Part shown: positions 16,997 to 24,593 of the stretch, piece by piece
Position numbering within the stretch: position 1 is the stretch's first letter
How the letters are laid out: each line of letters opens with the position of its first letter
Source of the DNA: Candidatus Poriferisodalis sp.
GTDB lineage: Bacteria > Actinomycetota > Acidimicrobiia > Acidimicrobiales > Poriferisodalaceae
Reading direction: 5' to 3'
Length of the DNA: 32,000 nucleotides
Assembly: GCF_965208555.1 (NCBI RefSeq)
Contig: NZ_OZ242342.1
Coordinates: forward strand, 2,253,544 to 2,285,543
Translations under genes and position numbers: made by a program
Notes under the pieces: generated by a model
Seen by the model: only the letters and a program-made list of their open reading frames with translations
Database searches by the model: none
Told to the model about the DNA's origin: nothing

Positions 16997-19900
16997 ATGG
17001 GGGCCGTTGCTGCGTGGTGGGGCCGCGGGTCGCGGTTGTTGAGGGCTGGGGCTGCGGTGTTGGTGGGGGCGGCGGCGGTGTTGGGACCGCTGGCGCCGGC
17101 CATGGGTGCGTCGCCGGAGCTGCAGCTACGCGACGATCCCGAGGCGGTGGAGCTGGGCGACATCACCGACGAGGCCAAGACCGTTGTCAACAGCACGATC
17201 GACGACGCGGCGGGCGGTGTGGAGCGGTACCAGTTCGAGCTGTCGTCGCCGAAGTCGGTGGAGGTGGTGCTGCGGCTGCTGACTGCCAACGCGGACGTGT
17301 ACTTGGAGAGCGCCGAGGGCGATCTGCTGGGCTCGGGCGTCGAGCTCGGGCGTTCTGATGAGCGGTTCAGCATCACCTTGGCGGCGGGCACCTATGAGGT
17401 GCGGGTGGAGTCCTCCAGCCCCGTGCGGTACCGCATGAAACTGAAGCTGTCCGAGCCGGTGGGGGAGCCCGTCGGCGGGACGTCCACAGACTCGTCGGAA
17501 TCGCCCGCCGACAGCCGCACGGACCTGGGCACCGAGACGGATCTGGGCACTGGCACGGACCTTGTCGAGGCGTGGACGGCGGTGCTGGACGTGGGGGCGA
17601 CCGACGGCACGGTCGGCTACTCGCGCTGGGCGAATTTCGGCTCGCTGACCTCGGAGAGCTTCGATGTCGACGGGTCGTCCTATGGGGTCATCTTGCTCGC
17701 GGAGCTCGCCGGCGGTCTGTATCTGGGCCTGCGCAGCTCGCTGGACACCGAGTTCGTGCTCGAGATCGACGGCGAGCAGTTCGTCGGCTCGCAGAGCCAG
17801 GTGCCCGCCGGGCTGCCGCTGCGCGGCACGTACTGGTGGCCCTCCGACGGCCTGCTGTCAGGCTCGGTAGGCGACGCGCTCGACGTGTCGCTCAGCGCTG
17901 GCGCCGACGCCCTCCCCGAGCGGGGCACGGCGCCGCCGGGCGCGTGGTTCTCCCGGGTGCCCGACGCGCACGACGGATCGTCGCAGTTCACGCTGCGCCT
18001 CAACTTCGACGAGGACGACGTCGGCGTCGTCTCGGGATCGCTCGCCGATGCGCTGACGGTGACCGGCGGATCGCTGGCGGCCGTGTCGGAAGTAGCGCCC
18101 GTCGGCAAAACCTGGGAGCTCGCCGTGACGCCCGACGGACCCGGCGACGTGACCGTGACGCTCGCCGCGCCAGCCGACTGCGCGTCGGCCGCCTCGGTGT
18201 GCTCCGCCGGCGGGCGCATGCTGCGCAACTCTCCCCAGGCCAACATCGGAGGGCCTGGGGCCACAACGCGACTGGCGTCGCTGACTGTGGGCTCGCTCGC
18301 GCTGTCACCCGCATTCGATCCCGAGGTGACGTTGTACTCGGCGACCGCGCCGGCGGGAACCCAGCAGATCACGGTGGAGGCGGGTCCCGCCAATTCCTCA
18401 TCGGTGGCGACCGTCTCGCCCGCAGACGCAGACGCCGTCGCCACGGGGCACCAAGTCGCACTCGCGCAGGGCGCGCAGACCGTGATCGCAGCGACCGTCG
18501 TCGCCGCCGACGGCGCCGAGCGGACCTACTGGGCGGTGGTCGACGTCCCCGGAGCGGGTCCCTCAGAGCAGGGCTCGGAGCCGCCGAAGCTGAACGGCCT
18601 CGCCGTCGACGGCGTCGACGACCTGGGATTCGATCCCGCAACCACCCGCTATGAGACCACCGCTGACCCAGACGCCGACACCGCCACGATCATCACCGGC
18701 CTGCACGACACTGACGCCACCGTGCAGGTCATCACGTTGCACGGTGACGACCCGACCCTCACCCCGGACCTCGACGACGGTGACCCGGTCGAAGGCGGCC
18801 ACCAAGCTCCCCTCGCCGCCGACGGCGACACGTTGGTGCTGGTGATCGTCACCTCCGCCGACGGGCTGCGCCAGCGGGCCTACGTCATCCTCATCAGCCA
18901 GCAGGCATCAGGCGGAACCCCGCGCTACTCCCAGACGCCCGGCAAGCAATCGCAGGTCAGCCTCGAACCAGGACGGCTGCGGTCCTCCGGCATCTTCACC
19001 CGCCACACCAACCTGCCCACGCTCGACAGCATCACGCTCGCCGACACCACCCTCAGTCCGGCGTTCGCCGCAGGCACCACCGCCTACACCGCAGAAGTCG
19101 CGGCCGACGTCGCCACTGTCACCGTCAACGCCACCGCCCCCGCAGGCACCACCTACATCGTCACCCCAGCCGACGCCGACGACATCACCGACGGCCACCA
19201 GGTCAACCTGGCCGAGCCCGGCCCCGACGGCGTCCCCACCCAGACCGTCATTGCCGTCATCGCCCGCAACGCCCAGAACGCCGTCAACGCCTACATCATC
19301 ACCGTCGCCCGCGACAGCCCGCTCTCGGCGATCCTCCCCGCAGGCTGCGAGCTCGAACATCTGCAAGATCAAGGCGACGGCACGCTCACAGCGTCGGGCC
19401 GCTTCGTGCCGAGCTGCACGTCGCTCTTCGAGTATCCGCAGTGGACCAGCCATCTCCCCGCTGGGATAACGACGACCGGGAACGCGCACTTCTACGAATT
19501 GACGCTGCCACGGATCAGCGACGTGACGATCCGTCTCGATACCAGGCAGCCTGGGCACGCGGACTGGTGGACGACCAGCACCCACACCGTGGTGCGCTCC
19601 TCTGACGGCACGCAGCTCGCGCACTACTTCGATCACGTCGACTACGACAACGACGAGTGCCTCGCGTACTTCGACATCCCGTGCCCCGATCACGGGCGCC
19701 TCAAGGCGACGCTGGAGGCGGGCACCTATCTCATCGAGGCCATCCAGCACTACAGCCTTGACGGCCGCCAGCGGCTCTTCAGGATCGATGTCGCGGTGAG
19801 CGACTACGTCGGCTCCTCGGCGCCGCTGCTGGCCTCGTTGACCGTGGACGGCAGCTCGGTGCCGTCGTTCTCGTCGGAGACCTTCCTCTACGAGATGGAT

Positions 19901-21982
19901 CGCCCCGGCGCGCAGGTGACGGTGGCGGCCGAGGCGAAGGCCGCAGATCCGGCGTTCGGGGTTGCGATCTCGCCGGCCGATGCCGACACGAACACGGCAG
20001 GCCACCAGATCGACGTCGCCGAGCACGGGCTGACCGAGGTGACGGTGTCGGTGTCCGATGACGTGACGGGATATGTCCACGAGTACAAGGTGGTGCTGTC
20101 GGGCGATCACTCCGCCGATGTGAGCTCGACGGGGGCGGTGTCGGTCGGCGGCAGCACCCGGGCGCGGGTCGACTTCGCCAACGACCGGGACTGGTTCGCA
20201 GTGGATCTGGTAGCCGGCACGGCGTACGTGATCGAGCTGTTGGGGGTCGACAGCCCGCCGGGCACGCCCGCCTCCGGCACGCTGGAGGATCCGAAGATCT
20301 GGGGCATCACGCTCGAAGACGGCACCGCAGTGGCGAACACCTCCGACGACAGCAGCGGTACTGGCAACAACAGCGCCGTGTGGTACCGGCCCACCGCTTC
20401 GGGCAAGTACTTCGTGATCGCCGGCGCGGCGGCGTCGGGTCTGGGCATCTACAACCTGGCGGTGAGCGAAGTGGTCGACGACTTTGCGGCCAGCACGTCC
20501 ACGACGGGCGTGGTCACGGTCGGCGGGGCTGCCGCTGTGGGCGAGATGGAGATCGGCGACGACCAGGACTGGTTCGAGGTCACCCTGGCGGCCGGGCACA
20601 GCTACTGGTTCATGGCCAAAGGCGCCTCGACCGGCCGGGGGACGCTGACCGATCCCCACCTGTACGGGGTGTTCGACAGCGCCGGCACGCTGGTTGCGGA
20701 CACCGCCGACGCTGATGGCGGCGTGGGCACGGATGCACAGGTGGTGTTCGAGCCTGCGTCTGCCGGCTCCTACTACGTCGCGGTGGGCACCGGCAACAGC
20801 GGGCGGGGCACCTACGAGCTGACGGCCGGCGTCGACGACTATTCAGCCGGCACCGCTACCAGCGGCACGGTTGCGGTGGACGGGGGAGCGACGTCTGCAG
20901 AGGTGGACTACCGCGGCGACCGGGACTGGCTGGCGGTGACCCTGGCGGCGAACACGACCTACTGGCTGGAGGTGCAGGGCGCCCCGAGCAAGAACGGCAC
21001 GCTGGCCGACCCGCACCTGTACGGGGTGATGGACAGCGTCGGGACGATGGTCGCGGACACTGCTGATGCCGACAACGGCCACGGCGCGGACGCCGAGCTG
21101 ATCTTCGAGGTGTCGACCGCGGGCACCTACTACATCGATGTCGGGTCTGGCGAGGTGGGCACCTACCAGGTGTCGGTGACCGACGTGAGCGCCGGGTTCA
21201 GCGACGACTTTGCGGGCGACGCCACGACTGCCGGCACGGTCGCCGTGGGCGGCAGCGTGGACGGGCAGGTGCAGTACCTGGGCGACCAGGACTGGTTCGC
21301 AGTCACCCTTGAGGCCGACCAGGAGTACTTCGTGTGGCTCGACGGCCGCGGGCGCCGCCGGGGCACCCTGCCCGATCCGCACCTGTACGGGGTGATGGAC
21401 AGCACGGGGACGCTGGTAGCCGGCACGAGCGATGCCGACTCCGGCGCGGCGCTGGACAGCTTCTTGCTGTTGACGGTGGACACCGGCGGCACCTACTACA
21501 TCGCAGCGGGCTCGGCCGGGGGCGAGCGGGGCACCTACCGGGTGACGGTCGTCGAACGGCCGCTGGTGAGCGTCTCGGAGCCGCCCGGTTACGGCACCGA
21601 CCATCCCGACGGCGCGCGCACCCACGCGTATGTGGCGCTCGACGACACCGCGTTCGGACACGTACCCCCAGGGGATGCGGACTGGTACTGGGTGTATCTG
21701 GAGGAAGGCCAGCGATACCAGTTGGAGATGTGGAGGGTTACCTACCCGTGGAGCGACTGGCGTTGGGACGGACGCGTCCCCCGCATGCGGCTGCGTGACG
21801 ACGACGGCAACAGGCTGGACGGCATGTCCGAAGACGACCTTACGGATTTCTATGGTGACCGGCGCTTTTACACCGCCGAGCGCACCGGTATGCACCTGCT
21901 GGAGGTGTGGAGCGAGTGGAGATTCGGGGACGGCGCGTACTTCAACTACGACCTCGATTTCACTGAGGCCAGCGACGAGTAG
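16997..21982 (+). CDS. Large secreted multi-domain protein (PPC-like and cadherin-like beta-sandwich modules; no recognisable catalytic domain)
   Basis: 1661 aa. The signal peptide is RLLRAGAAVLVGAAAVLGPLAPAMGA. There are four modules of the L(A/D)SLTV...LSPAF...TxY type (cadherin-like beta-sandwich). There are also several PPC-type modules with the D(R/Q)DWF.V.L ... GTY motif. I saw no LPXTG motif and no C-terminal TM segment. TACAAT at 16983-16988 lies 8 nt upstream of the ATG, so the transcript may be leaderless. Confidence 0.85.
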   Translation: MGAVAAWWGRGSRLLRAGAAVLVGAAAVLGPLAPAMGASPELQLRDDPEAVELGDITDEAKTVVNSTIDDAAGGVERYQFELSSPKSVEVVLRLLTANADVYLESAEGDLLGSGVELGRSDERFSITLAAGTYEVRVESSSPVRYRMKLKLSEPVGEPVGGTSTDSSESPADSRTDLGTETDLGTGTDLVEAWTAVLDVGATDGTVGYSRWANFGSLTSESFDVDGSSYGVILLAELAGGLYLGLRSSLDTEFVLEIDGEQFVGSQSQVPAGLPLRGTYWWPSDGLLSGSVGDALDVSLSAGADALPERGTAPPGAWFSRVPDAHDGSSQFTLRLNFDEDDVGVVSGSLADALTVTGGSLAAVSEVAPVGKTWELAVTPDGPGDVTVTLAAPADCASAASVCSAGGRMLRNSPQANIGGPGATTRLASLTVGSLALSPAFDPEVTLYSATAPAGTQQITVEAGPANSSSVATVSPADADAVATGHQVALAQGAQTVIAATVVAADGAERTYWAVVDVPGAGPSEQGSEPPKLNGLAVDGVDDLGFDPATTRYETTADPDADTATIITGLHDTDATVQVITLHGDDPTLTPDLDDGDPVEGGHQAPLAADGDTLVLVIVTSADGLRQRAYVILISQQASGGTPRYSQTPGKQSQVSLEPGRLRSSGIFTRHTNLPTLDSITLADTTLSPAFAAGTTAYTAEVAADVATVTVNATAPAGTTYIVTPADADDITDGHQVNLAEPGPDGVPTQTVIAVIARNAQNAVNAYIITVARDSPLSAILPAGCELEHLQDQGDGTLTASGRFVPSCTSLFEYPQWTSHLPAGITTTGNAHFYELTLPRISDVTIRLDTRQPGHADWWTTSTHTVVRSSDGTQLAHYFDHVDYDNDECLAYFDIPCPDHGRLKATLEAGTYLIEAIQHYSLDGRQRLFRIDVAVSDYVGSSAPLLASLTVDGSSVPSFSSETFLYEMDRPGAQVTVAAEAKAADPAFGVAISPADADTNTAGHQIDVAEHGLTEVTVSVSDDVTGYVHEYKVVLSGDHSADVSSTGAVSVGGSTRARVDFANDRDWFAVDLVAGTAYVIELLGVDSPPGTPASGTLEDPKIWGITLEDGTAVANTSDDSSGTGNNSAVWYRPTASGKYFVIAGAAASGLGIYNLAVSEVVDDFAASTSTTGVVTVGGAAAVGEMEIGDDQDWFEVTLAAGHSYWFMAKGASTGRGTLTDPHLYGVFDSAGTLVADTADADGGVGTDAQVVFEPASAGSYYVAVGTGNSGRGTYELTAGVDDYSAGTATSGTVAVDGGATSAEVDYRGDRDWLAVTLAANTTYWLEVQGAPSKNGTLADPHLYGVMDSVGTMVADTADADNGHGADAELIFEVSTAGTYYIDVGSGEVGTYQVSVTDVSAGFSDDFAGDATTAGTVAVGGSVDGQVQYLGDQDWFAVTLEADQEYFVWLDGRGRRRGTLPDPHLYGVMDSTGTLVAGTSDADSGAALDSFLLLTVDTGGTYYIAAGSAGGERGTYRVTVVERPLVSVSEPPGYGTDHPDGARTHAYVALDDTAFGHVPPGDADWYWVYLEEGQRYQLEMWRVTYPWSDWRWDGRVPRMRLRDDDGNRLDGMSEDDLTDFYGDRRFYTAERTGMHLLEVWSEWRFGDGAYFNYDLDFTEASDE
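20101..21560 (+). repeat. Four tandem ~355-370-bp coding repeats (PPC-domain units)
   Basis: Units start at ~20107, ~20476, ~20831 and ~21197. Each encodes ...G.V.VGG....V.....D(R/Q)DWFAV(D/T)L.A....W......G.....GTL.DP.LYGV.DS.GT.VA.T.DAD......A......SG.YY......G.RGTY.... DNA strings such as gaccaggactggttcg and ccgcacctgtacggggtgatggacagc recur between units. Confidence 0.8.
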
Positions 21983-22010
21983 CCGGGCGGTTCGCGTTTC
22001 GGCCGCTGGG

Positions 22011-22739
22011 TTACTCGCCGAGCCAGTCCTTGGGCTTGTCGGCTCGGAACTGCCACAGGGTGACGGCGATGAACAGGGCCGTGAACCCGAGCAGCATGGC
22101 GATGGCGCGGCCGAAGCCCTGCTCGCCGGCGAGCACGCTGCGGTAGGCGTCGATTGCCCAGTACACGGGGCTGGCGGGGGCGATGGCCTGCACCCAGCCC
22201 GGCAGTGTGGTGATCTGGGCGATGGCGCCGCCGGCGCCTGCGACGGCCATCGTGCCCAGCATCGAGGCGGCGTTGAGCTGCGACATGGTGCGGCACAGCG
22301 AGGTCATCGCGATCGCCAGGGTGACGTAGGCGGCCGCGCAGGCCAGCGCCGTGATGATGAGCTGGGCCGCGCCGCCGGGCACCTCGAGGCCGAAGGTGGC
22401 GATGCCGACGGCCACCAGCAGGAGCTGCTGGGCGGCGGTCACGGCGAGCATGGGGATGGCCTTGCCGGTGACGATCTCGATCGTGCGGATCGGGGCGATG
22501 CGCAGCCGGTCCCAGGTGCCCCATCCGTGCTCCCGGAAGAACGAGAACCCCATCGATCCGGTGCCCAGCAGCGCGAACAGCGAGGCCAGGGCGGGCACCG
22601 AGTGCGCCGGCCCGCCGATGAGCGCGTCGGACACGAAGAACAGCAGCACGCCCGGCATGCCGACCAGCACGAACAGGGGGAAGGGGTCGCGGCGCAGCAG
22701 GCGCAGCTCGTTGCGGGTGACGAGGAGGGTTCTAGACAT
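22011..22739 (-). CDS. ABC-2 type transporter permease
   Basis: 242 aa with about six hydrophobic segments. Its start overlaps the upstream ATPase stop by 8 nt (ATGTCTAG). This arrangement is typical of DrrAB-like exporters. Confidence 0.8.
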   Translation of the reverse strand: MSRTLLVTRNELRLLRRDPFPLFVLVGMPGVLLFFVSDALIGGPAHSVPALASLFALLGTGSMGFSFFREHGWGTWDRLRIAPIRTIEIVTGKAIPMLAVTAAQQLLLVAVGIATFGLEVPGGAAQLIITALACAAAYVTLAIAMTSLCRTMSQLNAASMLGTMAVAGAGGAIAQITTLPGWVQAIAPASPVYWAIDAYRSVLAGEQGFGRAIAMLLGFTALFIAVTLWQFRADKPKDWLGE

Positions 22740-23628
22740 CGGCGGTGCTTCCGGGGGTGACTTCTGCCGTGCTGCCGGCGGCGCTGTTGCCGTCGGCGCC
22801 GCCGATCACCCGCTCGTACAGGCGGCGGACCGAGGGCCGCTCGACGACCACTTCGGCAATCTGGTCCTGGTCGACCGAGTTGATCGCCGCCAGCAGGTCA
22901 CGGTCGTCGAACGACACCGTCTCGCCGCTGCCGAGCGTGATGACCGTGGCGGGGTCGGCGACGGCTGCGAGCAGGTCGGCGAGCGACCCGGCCGCGACCC
23001 GCCGGCCGTGGTCGATGATCACCAGCGAGTCGCACGCCTCGTCGGCTTCCTCGAGGTAGTGGGTGCTGAAGATGACCGCCGTGCCCTGGGCCGCCAGCCG
23101 GCGGATGCCGTCGATCACTCGCCGGCGGGCAGCGACGTCGAGGCCGGCCGTCGGCTCGTCCACCAGCAGCAGCCGGGGCTCGTGGATCACGGCGGTCGCC
23201 AGGTGCACCAGCTTCTGCTGGCCCACGCTGAGGTCCTTCACCCTGCGATCGGTCAGCGGGCCGAGATCGAAGAGTTCGACGATCTTGCTTGTTGCAGTGG
23301 TGAGCGAGCCGCCCCGCAGGCCGTAGAGACCGCCGAAGTAGGAGAGGTTGTCCGACACCCGCAGCGACAGGTACAGCGCCGTCCGCTGGGCCGCGTACCC
23401 GACCATGGCGCTAACCGGCGGCGAGTTCGGCGCCAGCCCGTCGACGGCGATCTGCCCGCCGTCGGGCTGCAGCAGGCCGACGATGCAGCCCATCGTGGTG
23501 GTCTTGCCGGCGCCGTTGGGGCCCAGCAGGCCGACCGTCTCCCCAGGCGCAACCGAGAACGACAGGTCGTCGACGGCGACGATCGAGCCGTACCGCTTGG
23601 TCAGCGACTCGACCTCCAGCAGCGTCAC
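22732..23628 (-). CDS. ABC transporter ATP-binding protein
   Basis: GTG start. Walker A is GLLGPNGAGKTTT, the signature-like motif is LSVGQQKLVHLA, and Walker B is LLLVDEPTAGLD. Confidence 0.9.
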   Translation of the reverse strand: MTLLEVESLTKRYGSIVAVDDLSFSVAPGETVGLLGPNGAGKTTTMGCIVGLLQPDGGQIAVDGLAPNSPPVSAMVGYAAQRTALYLSLRVSDNLSYFGGLYGLRGGSLTTATSKIVELFDLGPLTDRRVKDLSVGQQKLVHLATAVIHEPRLLLVDEPTAGLDVAARRRVIDGIRRLAAQGTAVIFSTHYLEEADEACDSLVIIDHGRRVAAGSLADLLAAVADPATVITLGSGETVSFDDRDLLAAINSVDQDQIAEVVVERPSVRRLYERVIGGADGNSAAGSTAEVTPGSTADV

Positions 23629-23747
23629 GGCCGACAGTCTGGCCGCCCAGCCCCGTCAGCCAACGCCGGGAGGCGGGAATGCGGGACCGAAACCCGAGCC
23701 TCGGTTGAGGCAGCGCTTCCCTGAGACTCGAACGTCGGGCGGGACGG

Positions 23748-24314
23748 CTAGAGCTTGGCGGCGATGCGTTCGAGCGTGTTCCAGTTGCGGGCCGTGGCGG
23801 TCACGTCGAGATGCCGTTCGAGGTGCGAGTACGACAGACGCAGCGCCTTGATGCCATCGGGTGCCCAGACGTATGCCTCGGTGCCCTTGACGTGGACGAC
23901 CTCGGGGCTGTGGTCGGCGTCGACGAGCTCACGGACGGCTGCGGGGCTCGGTTTCGCTGACAGGAAGTTGACCAGGTAGCGGGACCCGTCGTCGGCGACG
24001 TGGCCGAGTGGGTTGCGCTCGAGGATGGCTTCGATCTCGGCGGCGGTGCGGGCCGCGCAGGGCACGTTCACGTCGAATTCGTCGGCCAGGAGTTGTTGGA
24101 CGGCGGCGGCCACGGCGGCGGCGCTGGGTTGGTCGGGTTGGTCGGGTTGGTCGGCGGTGATCTCGGCGGTGACGATGATGTTGCCGCTCTGCAGGATCGT
24201 GACGGGATCGCCGTAGCCGGCCTCGGCCAGCTTCGGGCGCAGCTCGGCCATGGGAACCCGGTTGTGCCCGCCGACGTTGATGCCCCGGGGGAGGACGACG
24301 CAGCGGGTGCTCAC
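23748..24314 (-). CDS. DUF1697 domain protein
   Basis: GTG start. The N-terminus CVVLPRGINVGGHNRVPMAELRPKLAEAGYGDPVTILQSGNIIV is the characteristic DUF1697 opening. Confidence 0.8.
   Translation of the reverse strand: MSTRCVVLPRGINVGGHNRVPMAELRPKLAEAGYGDPVTILQSGNIIVTAEITADQPDQPDQPSAAAVAAAVQQLLADEFDVNVPCAARTAAEIEAILERNPLGHVADDGSRYLVNFLSAKPSPAAVRELVDADHSPEVVHVKGTEAYVWAPDGIKALRLSYSHLERHLDVTATARNWNTLERIAAKL
24126..24152. repeat. Perfect 3 x 9-bp tandem repeat (gggttggtc) inside the DUF1697 gene
   Basis: Read directly: gggttggtc gggttggtc gggttggtc. On the coding (minus) strand it encodes DQP-DQP-DQP. Confidence 0.9.
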
Positions 24315-24593
24315 GGGGCCGGCTCAGCCGGACTCGCCGGCGAGGCGATTGAGAATGCGGCTGTGGCGATTCATGGACGCCGCAAGTCGTTGCTGGAAGG
24401 TGTCGTCGGTGCGGCAGGCGCCGGCGGGTTGCTCGTGGGCGCTGCGGTGTGCCTTGGCCATGGGAGAACGGTAGGGCAGTGGCGGCTTCTGGTCCGCATC
24501 GTTTTGGGGCGGAGCCCGCACGGCGGCTTGCAGGTCACCGCTGCGGCGCCAGCTCGGAAGAACTTGTCACACCCCTCTCCTACGTTGGCCGCC

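Noticed and set aside
16930-17358. A 142-aa Gly/Arg-rich plus ORF and the 140-aa minus ORF at 16969-17391, both overlapping the start of the giant gene.
   Set aside because: They are out-of-frame or antisense readings of the signal-peptide and first-domain region, and are low-complexity.
17572-18654. A 360-aa plus-strand alternative-frame ORF, and the 254-aa minus ORF at 17680-18444.
   Set aside because: The plus ORF is extremely Arg-rich (RRRRR runs), which is typical of an out-of-frame reading of high-GC coding DNA. Both lie nested in the giant CDS.
20101-21560. Regularly spaced repeats that could superficially suggest a CRISPR-like array.
   Set aside because: The period is ~360 bp, the units are contiguous with no short-repeat/spacer alternation, and they lie in one continuous reading frame encoding protein domains.
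18908-21895. Very long minus-strand ORFs (583 aa at 18908-20659 and 350 aa at 20843-21895) antisense to the giant secreted-protein gene.
   Set aside because: Their translations are Arg/Gly/Ala/Val-rich low-complexity sequence with no motifs. At ~70-75% GC, stop codons are rare in the antisense frame. The plus-strand frame has clear domain structure and a signal peptide.
21630-23724. Plus-strand ORFs of 376 aa (21630-22760) and 457 aa (22351-23724).
   Set aside because: They lie antisense to the ABC permease and ATPase genes, which have unmistakable Walker, signature and TM features. Their translations are low-complexity.
24324-24461. A 45-aa minus-strand ORF (MAKAHRSAHEQ...RILNRLAGESG) just upstream of DUF1697.
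   Set aside because: It has no SD and no recognisable family. It may be a real small protein, but the sequence alone does not support calling it.
24000-24593. The N-terminal 198 codons of the 777-aa ORF that ends as the HNH endonuclease.
   Set aside because: This part is antisense to the well-supported DUF1697 gene and is Gly/Ala/Val-rich. An ATG at 24594 gives a normal DUF222-HNH protein.
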